Positions 49,595 to 59,732 of a stretch of DNA of 64,000 bases are shown here, in pieces. Position 1 is the first letter of the stretch; the number at the start of each line of letters is the position of its first letter. Origin of the DNA: an uncultured Chloroflexia bacterium. Its GTDB lineage: Bacteria; Chloroflexota; Limnocylindria; Limnocylindrales; CSP1-4. The translations under genes were made by a program, and so were the position numbers. The notes below the pieces were generated by a model that had not been told where the DNA came from, ran no database searches, and saw only the letters and a list, made by a program, of their open reading frames with translations. The stretch lies in contig CAVVYR010000008.1 of the NCBI GenBank assembly GCA_963752475.1, positions 96,001-160,000 of the forward strand, written 5' to 3'.

Positions 49595-50168
49595 TTAGAG
49601 CAAGCCAAGGCCCTGCGCGACCAGGGCTACACCGAAGATGGCGAAGGCTCCGGCGGCGAGGAGCTTGATCGAGCGCTCCGGCAGTCGCGTGCCGATCGCC
49701 GCTCCGATGGCTACTGCGATGGCGTTGGCAGCGACCATCCCCGACGTCGATCCCAGCCATACGCCAAGCGGCTCCTCGGTGGTGGCGAGGGTCATGGCTG
49801 CGAGCATGGTCTTGTCTCCGAACTCGGCGAGGAAGAACGCGGCGCCGATCGCCAACAACGCCCGACCGCCGGAGCGCCGCTCGTAGTCGGTGAGCGTCCT
49901 CATCGGACCCGTCACCCTGCATCGTCCACGCCGCGAAGCCGAGGAAGACGATGCCTGCCGTGACCTGGATCAGCTCGGTCGGGAGTGCCATCGCGATGGT
50001 GGTGCCGACGATGACCGAGCCGGCGTTCAGGAGCACCGTGGCCCCGGTGATGGCCACGAGCACGGTGGCGGCACGGTATCGAGTGGCGAAGGCCAACGAC
50101 ATCAACTGGCTTTTGTCGCCCATCTCGGCGAGGAAGATGACTACGAAAGAGAGGACGAATGCTTCCAT
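49595..50168 (-). CDS. TMEM165/GDT1 (UPF0016) Mn/Ca transporter, broken by a +1 frameshift near 49900
   Basis: Two ExGDK(S/T) motifs, AEMGDKSQ and AEFGDKTM, in different frames. Confidence 0.85.
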
Positions 50169-50185
50169 GACGGGCCGAGGTGCTG

Positions 50186-51130
50186 CTACCCGGCCGTGAC
50201 CGCCTCCACGACAGCGGTCGCGATCGCGATGTCCTGCACCGCCACGCCGGTGGAGTCGAAGACCGTGATCTGCCCGCCGGACGTGCGCCCGACGGCCTCC
50301 CCTGCCAGCACGCGACCCAGCTCCACCGCCTTCTCGAACTCGATGGCTCCGGCAGCCACGGCACGCGAGATCTCACCGCGCGAACGGCACTGCTCCAGGC
50401 TGTCGGCCACGACCACGTCGGCCAGCGCCAGCACGTCGGCGCCGAGCTCCTGCTTCTCGGCCGTGTCGGAGCCGATGGCGGTGATGTGGGTGCCCGGCCG
50501 AACCTGGGCCGCCGCGAGCAGCGGCTCGGTCGCGGATGTCGTGGTCACGATGAGCCGCGCGGTGGCCGCCACCTCGGCAGGCGACTCGGCCGCCCTCACC
50601 TCCCAGCCGGACGCGGCCATCGACGCACGGTAAGCCTCGAGCCGCTGACGGTCCCGGCCCCAGGCCACGACCTCGCGGGTCTCGAACAGCGGCGCCAGCT
50701 GCATCAGCTGCAGGCGCGCCTGCACACCCGTTCCGAGGACCCCGATGCGCTCCACCTCTGGTGGCGCCAGCAGCCGTGCCGCCACGGCCCCGGCCGCAGC
50801 GGTGCGCACGTCGGTCAGATGGCCCTCGTCGAGCAGCACCGCCTCCGGCTCGCCGGTGTCCTGGCGGAAGACGAGCATCAGACCGTTGCTCGAGGCCAGG
50901 CCCAGCGACGGATTCTCGTAGAAGCCGCTCGCGACCTTGATGACGTAGTAGTCGTCGCCCGTGACGGCGCCATACTTGATGTGGACCTCGCCCTTCTCGA
51001 GCAGCAGCTCGCCCACCGGCGGCACGATCGCCCGGCCGGCCGAGTAGCCCCGGAAGGCCTCTTCGGTGAGCGGCAGCAGATCCAGGCCGGCGAGGACCGC
51101 TTCGATGCGGGCGCGTTCGACGATGCGCAT
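50186..51130 (-). CDS. Ornithine cyclodeaminase/mu-crystallin family protein
   Basis: LTDVRTAAAG, GTGVQA, HITAIGSD and FDSTGVAVQD motifs. Confidence 0.92.
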   Translation of the reverse strand: MRIVERARIEAVLAGLDLLPLTEEAFRGYSAGRAIVPPVGELLLEKGEVHIKYGAVTGDDYYVIKVASGFYENPSLGLASSNGLMLVFRQDTGEPEAVLLDEGHLTDVRTAAAGAVAARLLAPPEVERIGVLGTGVQARLQLMQLAPLFETREVVAWGRDRQRLEAYRASMAASGWEVRAAESPAEVAATARLIVTTTSATEPLLAAAQVRPGTHITAIGSDTAEKQELGADVLALADVVVADSLEQCRSRGEISRAVAAGAIEFEKAVELGRVLAGEAVGRTSGGQITVFDSTGVAVQDIAIATAVVEAVTAG

Positions 51131-52101
51131 CAGCCCAGGATCACCCGCAGCTTCTCGACACCGACATTGCCGCCGCAGAGGATGACCGCGGTCGTCCCTG
51201 TGGTCGGGCTTGCATGCGCCTTGGCCGCGGCGTAGGCCATGGCGGCCGAGCCCTCGACCAGCAGATGCTCGACCTCGATGAGCTCAAGGAAGGCCGCCCG
51301 GATGTCGTCCTCCTCCACGGTCACGAAGTCGTCGAGCAGCTCCGCGAGGAGGCCGAAGGTGATGGCGTCGGGCTCGACGCCGCCGGCGGTGCCATCGCTG
51401 AGCGTGGGATCGGAGGGCATGTCGAGGATCTCGCCGGCCCGCAGCGAGTGGTACATCACCGCCGAGTTCGCCGGTGAGCAGCCGATGACCCGAACCGAGG
51501 GCGACTGCGCCTTGATGATCCCGGCGACGCCGCTCGAGAGGCCACCGCCACCCACCGCCACGAAGACGGCCGAGAGGTCCGGGACCTGTTCGAGGAGCTC
51601 CAGGCCGAGCGTGCCCTGCCCTCCGATGACCGCCGGATCGTTGTAGGGCGAGACGAACGTGAGGCTGCGCTCCTCGGCTGCGCGCCTGGCGCCGAGCTCG
51701 CTCTCGACCGAATCGGTGCCCCGGACCTCGATGCGTCCGCCGAGCCGCTCGATGGCGGCGAGCTTGGAGGGGTTGGCGTTGTCGGGCACGACGACGATCG
51801 GAGCTACGCCCACGATGCTGCCGGCATAGGCGACGGCGGCCCCGTGGTTGCCGGTAGAGGCAGTGATGACGCCACGCTCCAGCTCCTCGGGGGTCAGCGA
51901 GAGGACCTTGCTGACGGCCCCACGCGCCTTGAAGGAGCCCGTGTGCTGGACGTTCTCGCACTTGAGCACGACGTCCGAGCCGACCGCGGAGCTCAGCCCG
52001 ATCGAGGGCACGGCAGGCGTCGTCAGCAGGTACGGCCGCGCCCGCTCCTCGGCGGCATGGACCTGAGCGGCGACGTCGATGGAGCGAGGGGTGTCATCCA
52101 C
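51130..52101 (-). CDS. PLP-dependent threonine/serine dehydratase
   Basis: KCENVQHTGSFKARGA, STGNHG, VGGGGL and CGGN motifs. Confidence 0.92.
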   Translation of the reverse strand: MDDTPRSIDVAAQVHAAEERARPYLLTTPAVPSIGLSSAVGSDVVLKCENVQHTGSFKARGAVSKVLSLTPEELERGVITASTGNHGAAVAYAGSIVGVAPIVVVPDNANPSKLAAIERLGGRIEVRGTDSVESELGARRAAEERSLTFVSPYNDPAVIGGQGTLGLELLEQVPDLSAVFVAVGGGGLSSGVAGIIKAQSPSVRVIGCSPANSAVMYHSLRAGEILDMPSDPTLSDGTAGGVEPDAITFGLLAELLDDFVTVEEDDIRAAFLELIEVEHLLVEGSAAMAYAAAKAHASPTTGTTAVILCGGNVGVEKLRVILG

Positions 52102-52105
52102 CTTG

Positions 52106-53077
52106 TCAGTCTATGGCGATGGGCGTGGGCTCGGCAGCTCGTCGAACCGTTCCGGGCGGGACGCCCATGATCCGCTTGAAGGCCCGCGCGAAGGCCGCCT
52201 CCGAGCGATAGCCCAGCTGACCCGCCAGCTCGGCTACCGTCGTGCCATCGCGCTGGAGCAGGTCGTTGGCCACGTACATGCGCCAACGCGTGACGTACGA
52301 CATGACCGGTTCGCCCACGAGCTCGCTGAACTTGGCCGCGAAGGCCGAGCGTGACATGGCCAGCTCGTGTGCCAGCGAGGCCACGCTCCACTCGCGCGCC
52401 GGATCCTCGTGGATGAGCGCGAGCGCGTGACCCACCTGTGGGTGCTGGAGCGCTCCCAGCCATCCGGTCTGAGCCGCCGGATCGGCCTCGATCCAGGCAC
52501 GTACGGCCTGGATGACGAGGACATCGGCGAGCCGGGTGATGACGGCCTCGCCGCCGGGCTGCAGTTCCTCCGCCTCGGCCGCCATCAGGCGGATGACTCC
52601 GTACATCCGGTCGAGGCGCGGCGACTCGGCGGACTGCAGGTGGATCGTGCGCGGCATCGAGGCCACCAACTCCCGGCCGGCCGGATGATCGAAGCGCACG
52701 GCGCCGCAGAGCAGCATCGTGGGCGTCCCGCCGCCGCCGTAGCGCAGGATCTCGTAGCGGTCGCTGACCAGCTCCCGCTCAAGGTCGAGGATGAAGGGTG
52801 TTTCGGCCCCGGGCTCGCTGTCGAGCCGGTGGCCCTCGCCGTGGGGCACGAGCGCGAAGTCGCCCGCGTCCAGCACGGTGACCTCGCCCTCATCCCCGAG
52901 GACCCGCGCGCGCCCACGCAGGACGACGTGGAACCAGAGGTACGCAGGCATCGCGGGCAGGGTCATGCCCCACGGCTCGGTCAACTCGGAGCGGCAGTAG
53001 AAGGCGCCGCTCATGCGCAGGAAGTGCAGGGCCTGCCCAAGCGGGTCGGACGGCGGGAAGGGGTCGAAGGCGGTCAT
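52106..53077 (-). CDS. AraC family regulator with cupin domain
   Basis: MSRSAFAAKF and LGYRSEAAFARAFKR HTH motifs. Confidence 0.92.
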   Translation of the reverse strand: MTAFDPFPPSDPLGQALHFLRMSGAFYCRSELTEPWGMTLPAMPAYLWFHVVLRGRARVLGDEGEVTVLDAGDFALVPHGEGHRLDSEPGAETPFILDLERELVSDRYEILRYGGGGTPTMLLCGAVRFDHPAGRELVASMPRTIHLQSAESPRLDRMYGVIRLMAAEAEELQPGGEAVITRLADVLVIQAVRAWIEADPAAQTGWLGALQHPQVGHALALIHEDPAREWSVASLAHELAMSRSAFAAKFSELVGEPVMSYVTRWRMYVANDLLQRDGTTVAELAGQLGYRSEAAFARAFKRIMGVPPGTVRRAAEPTPIAID

Positions 53078-53215
53078 GGGCACAGTCTCCATGGCGCATG
53101 CCGGTTCGTCCACTGATGCTGGACGTTCGAGCATGACCAGCGGCGGTACGGGCATTCACAGTCCAGCCATTGTGGCTGACGCTAGCGCTATCAACCCTTT
53201 GCATGGAGGTGCGAG

Positions 53216-54064
53216 ATGCACACCCACCCCGATTCCACCCTCGTCCTGGGGGCCACCGGCAAGACCGGTCGACGCATCGTCGAGCGGCTGACCGAGATGG
53301 GCCTGCCCGTCCGCGCTGGCTCCCGCACCGGCACGCCCCCCTTCGAGTGGCACGATCGCTCCACCTGGAGCCCCGTGCTCGAGGGCGTCTCGCGTGCCTA
53401 CATTTCCTACTACCCCGACATCGCGGCCCCGGGAGCCGTGGAGACCGTGAGCGCGTTCGCCCAGCAGGCCGTGGGCTCCGGTGTCAAGCGGCTGGTACTG
53501 CTGGCCGGTCGAGGCGAGGCCGAGGCCGAGCGTGCCGAGCAGGCCGTGCGCGACACAGGCGCCGACCTGACCGTGGTGCGCGCGACCTGGTTCGCCCAGA
53601 ACTTCAGCGAAGGCTTCATGCGCGACGGCATCATGTCCGGTGTGCTGGCCTTGCCCGCCGGCGAAACGCCCGAGCCCTTCGTCGACGCCGATGACATCGC
53701 CGATGTGGCCGTGGCCGCGCTGACCGACGAGGCGCACATCGGCCAGCTGTACGAGCTCACTGGTCCGCGCTCGCTGACGTTCGCGCAGGCCGTGGCCGAG
53801 ATCGCCCGGGCCAGCGGCCGTGACGTGCGCTACCTGCCGATCAGCCTCGACGAGTACACCGAGGAGATGGCTCGCCTGGGCGTCCCATCCGAGGTCATCG
53901 AACTCACTGCCTTCCTCTTCGACGAAGTCCTCGACGGACGCAACTCGAAGACCGTCGACGGCGTCCAGCGTGCCCTCGGCCGGCCGGCCCGTGACTTCGG
54001 CGAGTACGCCCGTGACGCGGCCGCTGCCGGCGCCTGGGCTGTGAACGGGAAGGTGGCCGCCTGA
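53216..54064 (+). CDS. NmrA-like NAD(P)H-binding protein
   Basis: LGATGKTG, WFAQNF, FVDADDIA and YELTGP motifs. Confidence 0.9.
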   Translation: MHTHPDSTLVLGATGKTGRRIVERLTEMGLPVRAGSRTGTPPFEWHDRSTWSPVLEGVSRAYISYYPDIAAPGAVETVSAFAQQAVGSGVKRLVLLAGRGEAEAERAEQAVRDTGADLTVVRATWFAQNFSEGFMRDGIMSGVLALPAGETPEPFVDADDIADVAVAALTDEAHIGQLYELTGPRSLTFAQAVAEIARASGRDVRYLPISLDEYTEEMARLGVPSEVIELTAFLFDEVLDGRNSKTVDGVQRALGRPARDFGEYARDAAAAGAWAVNGKVAA

Positions 54065-54543
54065 TGGACCTCGACCTCGGACTCGTTCTCACGATCGTCG
54101 CCATCGTGGGGGCCGGCCTCAACGCCGGCGTCTACTTCACCTTCTCTACCTTCACCATGGCCGGCCTGCGACGGCTGCCCCCGAGCGAAGGCGCGGCGGC
54201 CATGCAGGCCATCAACCTCGAAGCACCGACCCGCGGCTTCATGACCATCTTCTTCGGTACGGCGCTCGTCAGCCTCGGCCTGGCAGCCGCGGCCTTCGTG
54301 AACTTCGACCCGCCCGCGTCGAGCATGATCATCGCCGGCGCAGGCGCCTACCTCGCGACCATCGTCATCACGGGCATCTACAACGTGCCCTTGAACGACC
54401 GCCTCGAGGGCGTCCCCGCGAGGAGCGCGGAGGGCGTGACCATGTGGACCGACTACCAGGTCCGCTGGACTCGCGGCAACCACGTGCGCCTGCTGGCCAG
54501 TTCGGCCTCGGCCATCCTACTCACGCTGAGCCTGCTCGTGTGA
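54064..54543 (+). CDS. DUF1772/anthrone oxygenase family membrane protein
   Basis: [22 protein letters not shown] and WTRGNHVR motifs. Confidence 0.88.
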   Translation: MDLDLGLVLTIVAIVGAGLNAGVYFTFSTFTMAGLRRLPPSEGAAAMQAINLEAPTRGFMTIFFGTALVSLGLAAAAFVNFDPPASSMIIAGAGAYLATIVITGIYNVPLNDRLEGVPARSAEGVTMWTDYQVRWTRGNHVRLLASSASAILLTLSLLV

Positions 54544-54688
54544 GACCGTCCGAGCCGACCGCGGCGTGGGCGGCAGTGGCGACCTTCAGGCAGCGCACCC
54601 GTGTCCCTCTCGGCCGTGCCGGGTGTCGTTGTGTCAGGCTGCGAGACACGACGTCGGGTCGCGATCCACGATGCCCAGGAGACCAGCC

Positions 54689-56320
54689 ATGAACCAGACC
54701 CCACCGCTCAGGGAACGCGCCGCATGGCGCGCGCTCGGGGCTCACCACGACGACATCGCCGGCACCAGCCTGCGCGAGCTCTTCGACACCGACCCCGACC
54801 GCGGTGAGCGGCTCACGGCCGAGGCCGCCGGGCTGTACCTGGACTACTCCAAGAACCAGGTCACCGACGAGACGATGGACCTGCTCGTGGTCCTGGCCGA
54901 GGAGGTCGGGCTGCGCTCGCGCATCGAGGCCATGTTCAGCGGCGAGCGCATCAACGTGACCGAAGACCGCGCCGTCCTGCATACGGCCCTGCGGGCCCCG
55001 CGCGACGCGGACGTCCGCGTGGATGGTGAGAACGTGGTGCCGGAGGTGCACGAGGTCCTCGACCGCATGGCTGGCTTCGCCACCGAGGTGCGCGAGGGCT
55101 CCTGGCTGGGCCACACCGGCAAGCCCATCCGCAACATCGTCAACATCGGCATCGGCGGCTCCGACCTGGGCCCGGTCATGGCCTACGAGGCCCTGCGCCA
55201 CTACGCGACCCGCGACCTGACCTTCCGCTTCGTCTCCAACGTGGACGGCACAGACATCGCGGAGGCCACCCGCGACCTGGACCCCGCCGAGACGCTCTTC
55301 ATCGTCGCGTCGAAGACGTTCACCACGCTCGAGACGATCCGCAACGCCCGCTCGGCGCGAGAGTGGCTGCTCGAAGGCCTGGGCGATCCTGCAGCGGTCG
55401 CCCGACACTTCGTGGCCGTCTCCACGAACGCCGGGGAAGTGGCCGAGTTCGGCATCGACACGGCCAACATGTTCGGCTTCTGGGACTGGGTCGGCGGACG
55501 CTACTCGATGGACTCGGCCATCGGACTCTCGACGATGATCGCCCTGGGGCCCGACGGCTTCGGTGAGCTCCTGGCCGGCTTCCGCGAGATGGACGAGCAC
55601 TTCCGCAGCGCGCCTGTCGAGCGCAACATGCCAGCGCTGCTGGGCCTGCTCAGCGTGTGGCAGACCAACTTCCGCGGTGTGGAGACACTGGCCGTTCTCC
55701 CCTACGACCAGTACCTCAAGCGCTTCCCGGCCTACCTCCAGCAGCTGACCATGGAGTCCAACGGCAAGTCGGTCACCCTCGACGGCCGTGGTGTGGACTA
55801 CCAGACGGGGCCCATCTACTGGGGCGAGCCCGGCACCAACGGCCAGCACTCGTTCTACCAGCTGATCCACCAGGGTACGCGGGCGGTGGCGGTCGACTTC
55901 ATCGCCTTCAGCGAGTCACTGAATCCCATCGCCGACCATCACGACCTGCTCAACGCCAACGTCTTCGCCCAGGCCGAGGCACTCGCCTTCGGCAAGACCG
56001 CAGAGCAGGTGCGCGCCGAGGGCACGACCGAAGCACTCGTGCCGCATCGCACGTTCGAGGGCGACCGCCCGTCCAACACCATCCTCGCCGGGCGCCTGAC
56101 GCCGGCGGTGTTGGGGCAGCTGGTCGCGCTCTACGAGCACGCAGTGTTCACGCAGGGCGTGATCTGGGACATCGGCTCGTTCGACCAGTGGGGCGTAGAG
56201 CTGGGCAAGGTCCTGGCCAGGAAGGTCGCGGCCGAGCTGATGGCCGAGGCTGAGCCGGTACTCGAACACGACTCCTCCACCAACGCTCTCATCCGACGCT
56301 ACCGCAGCCAGCGGCGCTAG
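54689..56320 (+). CDS. pgi: Glucose-6-phosphate isomerase
   Basis: [37 protein letters not shown] and [10 protein letters not shown] motifs. Confidence 0.97.
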   Translation: MNQTPPLRERAAWRALGAHHDDIAGTSLRELFDTDPDRGERLTAEAAGLYLDYSKNQVTDETMDLLVVLAEEVGLRSRIEAMFSGERINVTEDRAVLHTALRAPRDADVRVDGENVVPEVHEVLDRMAGFATEVREGSWLGHTGKPIRNIVNIGIGGSDLGPVMAYEALRHYATRDLTFRFVSNVDGTDIAEATRDLDPAETLFIVASKTFTTLETIRNARSAREWLLEGLGDPAAVARHFVAVSTNAGEVAEFGIDTANMFGFWDWVGGRYSMDSAIGLSTMIALGPDGFGELLAGFREMDEHFRSAPVERNMPALLGLLSVWQTNFRGVETLAVLPYDQYLKRFPAYLQQLTMESNGKSVTLDGRGVDYQTGPIYWGEPGTNGQHSFYQLIHQGTRAVAVDFIAFSESLNPIADHHDLLNANVFAQAEALAFGKTAEQVRAEGTTEALVPHRTFEGDRPSNTILAGRLTPAVLGQLVALYEHAVFTQGVIWDIGSFDQWGVELGKVLARKVAAELMAEAEPVLEHDSSTNALIRRYRSQRR

Positions 56321-56379
56321 GAAGACCGGGTCGACCGTCACCTCGATGACGGTCCGAAGCTGGGACCGGTCATGATCCG

Positions 56380-57204
56380 ATGGTCACGTTGGTTGCCGAC
56401 GAGCCCAGCCGAATACTCGGCCTCGTGGACGAAGAGCTCATGCAACTGGATCTGGCCACGGCCGAGGCACGACGCCTCGCGACCGCTTCCCTCGATGCGC
56501 TACGCGGCCCGCAGGAGGCGCTGCGTAGGGCGGCCTCCGATCACATCGCGTCGGTGGCCGAACGACGACTCGATGCCTCCCGCCGAGCGTCGGTCGAGGT
56601 CATGGCCCGCCTGAGCGACGACGAGCTGGCTGAGCTCCATCTGTGGACCCAGGAGCAGATCGCCGAGACCCGCGAGATGGTCGAGGAGGGCATCGAGGGG
56701 TGCGACTTCTGGATCCCCGAGGTCCCTGGCATGAGCTCCTCGGACGTCTCGGCCTACAGCAGCGGGCTGGTGCCTCGACCCCGGGACAGCCGAACCGGCA
56801 TCCCGCAATCGCTCGTTCAGCTCTTCGATGAGTCGCTGGCGCCCTTCCGACGAGGTCTGGCCGCAGTCGGCCTGGCGCTTATCCCCAAGGACGCCGAGCC
56901 GAGCGTGGAGATCGCGCTGGTGCGGGCGTGGCGCACCTATCGCGATGCCGCCGTCGTTTGCGTGTCCCGCTGGGCCGACGTCGATGAGCACTACCACGCG
57001 AGCGCCGAGCGTTTCCAGGAGATGCGCTGGGAGCTTGCCGGCGAGATCGACCCTGAGACCGTCCGGGCGCAGCAGGAGGCCGAGGACGACGAGGGCCACG
57101 ATCGCGCGCCCTCACTCGCGGACGAGGCGGACGCCGCCGCGCACGCACCGCCCGAGGCGATCTCGCTCCCGGACTCCGAGACGCTGGTGCCGGCCTCCGG
57201 CTAG
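56380..57204 (+). CDS. Hypothetical acidic, helical protein
   Basis: 274-aa ORF with coding-like codon use filling the gap between pgi and the aminotransferase. Confidence 0.6.
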   Translation: MVTLVADEPSRILGLVDEELMQLDLATAEARRLATASLDALRGPQEALRRAASDHIASVAERRLDASRRASVEVMARLSDDELAELHLWTQEQIAETREMVEEGIEGCDFWIPEVPGMSSSDVSAYSSGLVPRPRDSRTGIPQSLVQLFDESLAPFRRGLAAVGLALIPKDAEPSVEIALVRAWRTYRDAAVVCVSRWADVDEHYHASAERFQEMRWELAGEIDPETVRAQQEAEDDEGHDRAPSLADEADAAAHAPPEAISLPDSETLVPASG

Positions 57205-58325
57205 GAGCGGAGCCTCTTCACCGAGTCGCCGAGGCGAGCCAGCCCGTCGAGCAGCTCGGGCTCCGGCACCGCGAAGCTCAGGCGGATGTGCTTGTCCACG
57301 CCGAAGTGGTCGCCGGGCACGATGAGCAGGCCCGACTCGTCGCGCAGCTGCTCCATCCACTCGGTCGAGTTGATGCCGAGGTCGTACCGCAGGAACGTGA
57401 TGGCGGCCGCATCCGGCGGGGTCCCGGTGAGGACGCCATCCTGCTCGCTGAGCCACTCCCCGAGGAGGCCATAGCCACCCTTGAGCAGCATTCGCGTTCG
57501 GGCCAGGATCTGTGGTCGCACCGTCGGCGAGAGGGCCGTTCGCGTGAGCTCATCGGAGAGCATCGAGAGGGCGATGGTCGTGTACTCGTGGCGCCGCCAC
57601 ATGTCCGCGACGGCGTCGGCCGGCCCGACCGTCCAGCCCACGCGCAGGCCTGGCAGCCCGTAGGCCTTGCTCATCGAACCCTGCGCCAGCACCTTGTCGT
57701 AGCGGCCGAAGAACGATGGCGTCTCGTCCTTCTCACGCTCGGCACCGCGATAGACCTCATCGGCCAGCAGCCAGGCCCCGACCCGCTCCGCGGCAGCCAC
57801 GACCGCGTCCATCTCGGCCGTGCTCATGATCCGCCCGGTGGGGTTGTTGGGGTTGACCACGGCGATCATCTTGGTCTGTGCCGTGACCGCTTCCTCGAGG
57901 GCAGCCGTGTCCAGGGCCCAATCCTTGTCGACCTCGAGGTGGACCTCCTTGACGCGGCAGCCGCGGTTCACGGCCACGCCCCAGATCTGCATGTAGTTGG
58001 GCATCACCAGCACGATCTCGTCACCGGGCTCGAGGAACGTGTTGACCGCGAGGTAGTTGGCCTCGGCAGCACCGATGGTGACCAGGACATCGTCCCTGGT
58101 GGCGCCGTCGTAGAGCGCGGCGATGTTCTCGCGCAGCTCGGGCGTGCCGTTGGCCTGCGGGTAGGACTGGCCGATGTCAGCGAGATCGTTGGGCTCGCGG
58201 CCGTCCATGGCCAGGAGCTCGCCCAGCGTCATCGGGTGCACGCCGCTCTCCGAGAGGTTGACGTCGACGACGTTCTCCCACTCGGACATCATCTGTTCCA
58301 TCACGAACGGCTGGAAGTCGGGCAT
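57201..58325 (-). CDS. Class I/II PLP-dependent aminotransferase
   Basis: NPNNPTG, DEVY and SMSKAYGLPGLRVGW motifs. Confidence 0.92.
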   Translation of the reverse strand: MPDFQPFVMEQMMSEWENVVDVNLSESGVHPMTLGELLAMDGREPNDLADIGQSYPQANGTPELRENIAALYDGATRDDVLVTIGAAEANYLAVNTFLEPGDEIVLVMPNYMQIWGVAVNRGCRVKEVHLEVDKDWALDTAALEEAVTAQTKMIAVVNPNNPTGRIMSTAEMDAVVAAAERVGAWLLADEVYRGAEREKDETPSFFGRYDKVLAQGSMSKAYGLPGLRVGWTVGPADAVADMWRRHEYTTIALSMLSDELTRTALSPTVRPQILARTRMLLKGGYGLLGEWLSEQDGVLTGTPPDAAAITFLRYDLGINSTEWMEQLRDESGLLIVPGDHFGVDKHIRLSFAVPEPELLDGLARLGDSVKRLRS

Positions 58326-58453
58326 GGCGGGCTCCTGGACGGCGGGCGGTACCCAGCCAGTCTAGGGCTCGGCCGAGACGGACGGTTCTGCCCCCAGGGT
58401 GAACGCGAACCCTAGCCGGTCGGGTTCGGTTCCCACGATCCTCGCGGACAGCG

Positions 58454-58897
58454 TCAGACAGCCGAGAGCGGGTCGATGACCTCGAGGAAGCCGAAGCGGT
58501 GGAAGTCGGCGTCGTTGGTGACGATGCGTCGGATGCCGTGCTCGCGCATGAGGATGGCCGTATGCGCGTCGTGGAAGACGCTGCCCTTCAGGGTTGGTGT
58601 CTCTGCGATGACAGCCCTGGCGATTGCGCAGTGGCGGTCTGTCTCGGTGAGGACCGACAGACCTGGCGTCGTCAGCAGACTCTCCACGAAGCCCCACGCC
58701 TCGCGGCTGCTCCATGGGTTCTCGAAGACACGCGGATGCGTGATGACGCGTGCGAACTCGTAGCAGATACCCCACGTCAGGAACCAGGGCTCCCGGCTCG
58801 TACGCCACTCCGCGAGCCGACGGGCACAGGCTTGATGCTGGGGAACGTCCTCGTTCGCCGCGTAGAGCAACACGTTCGTGTCGGCGACGAACATCAC
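58454..58897 (-). CDS. vapC: VapC PIN-domain toxin
   Basis: DTNVLLYA, YEF, HDAH and TNDADF acidic PIN residues. Confidence 0.9.
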   Translation of the reverse strand: MMFVADTNVLLYAANEDVPQHQACARRLAEWRTSREPWFLTWGICYEFARVITHPRVFENPWSSREAWGFVESLLTTPGLSVLTETDRHCAIARAVIAETPTLKGSVFHDAHTAILMREHGIRRIVTNDADFHRFGFLEVIDPLSAV

Positions 58898-59121
58898 TCC
58901 TCGTCGAAGACCCGGTAGAGCGCTTCGCGATCGGACACATCGACGAGCTCGCGACCGCCGTGGAACGTGGGCAGAGGCGTGGGCTTTGGCTCATACGGCT
59001 CCGGCTCGAGCATGCGACGAAGGGCAGCCTCGACGAGCTCCGACATGGTCGTGCCGCGACGCGCGGCCTCAGCCTTGACCTGGCGCATGACGTGCTCGTC
59101 GATATTCAGCGTGGTCTTCAT
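58894..59121 (-). CDS. vapB: RHH antitoxin (VapB-like)
   Basis: MKTTLNIDE..KAEAARRGTTMSELVEAALR; overlaps the vapC start. Confidence 0.85.
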   Translation of the reverse strand: MKTTLNIDEHVMRQVKAEAARRGTTMSELVEAALRRMLEPEPYEPKPTPLPTFHGGRELVDVSDREALYRVFDEE

Positions 59122-59128
59122 ACGGGAG

Positions 59129-59147
59129 ACCATATCGCCTGTATGGT
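59129..59147. promoter_or_regulatory. Inverted repeat ACCATA-N7-TATGGT overlapping the vapBC -10 box (autorepression operator)
   Basis: Directly visible; the minus-strand TATGGT lies 7 nt before the vapB ATG. Confidence 0.6.
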
Positions 59148-59288
59148 TCTACGGCAAGAAAGCGCCCAAGCCGGCGGGGCTCGCGCAGCGCGGACCGCGC
59201 ACAGGGCGGACCAGCCCGTGTGGATCACACGCAGCGGGATCTATCGGGCTACGTTGGAGCTTGCCACCACTGCAGTAGCCTGAGCTAC

Positions 59289-59714
59289 ATGAATGCCCTC
59301 AGCCCCGAAGCGCTGCAGCACTGCATCGACAGCGCCCAGACGATCGCGATGTCGACGACCAACCCCAACGGCACGATCCACACGGTCCCCGTCTGGTACG
59401 GCCACGACGGCGAGGCTTTCTGGGTCATCACGGGCACGAACCAGCGCAAGACGAAGAACCTGCGGCTCGACCCGCGGGTGAGCCTGATGCTGCTGGTCGA
59501 GCAGGTCGGTGAACGACCCACCGAGATCGCGCTCGTCTATGGACGAGCCACCGTCCACGAGCTGCCGGCTGAGGAGCTGCGAACCAAGGCACAGTGGGCC
59601 TGGACCCGCTACGGCGAGGACGTCGCCCTCGAGTATTCGCAGGCCCTGCCCGATGAGGGCTACTGCGCACTCGAGATCAGGCCCGACAGGATCCTTGGCT
59701 GGCACCCGGGCTGA
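59289..59714 (+). CDS. Pyridoxamine 5'-phosphate oxidase-like (PPOX class, probably F420-dependent) protein
   Basis: STTNPNG..PVWY and KTKNLRLDPRVSL motifs. Confidence 0.82.
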   Translation: MNALSPEALQHCIDSAQTIAMSTTNPNGTIHTVPVWYGHDGEAFWVITGTNQRKTKNLRLDPRVSLMLLVEQVGERPTEIALVYGRATVHELPAEELRTKAQWAWTRYGEDVALEYSQALPDEGYCALEIRPDRILGWHPG

Positions 59715-59732
59715 GGTGCTGACGCCTGGGGG

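Noticed and set aside
42975-49915. Programmed frameshifting or selenocysteine read-through
   Set aside because: No slippery heptamers or in-frame TGA at conserved Cys positions; uniform +1 errors are the simpler explanation
50169-50185. yybP-ykoY Mn riboswitch upstream of the TMEM165 gene
   Set aside because: Only 17 bp separate the gene from the upstream CDS, leaving no room
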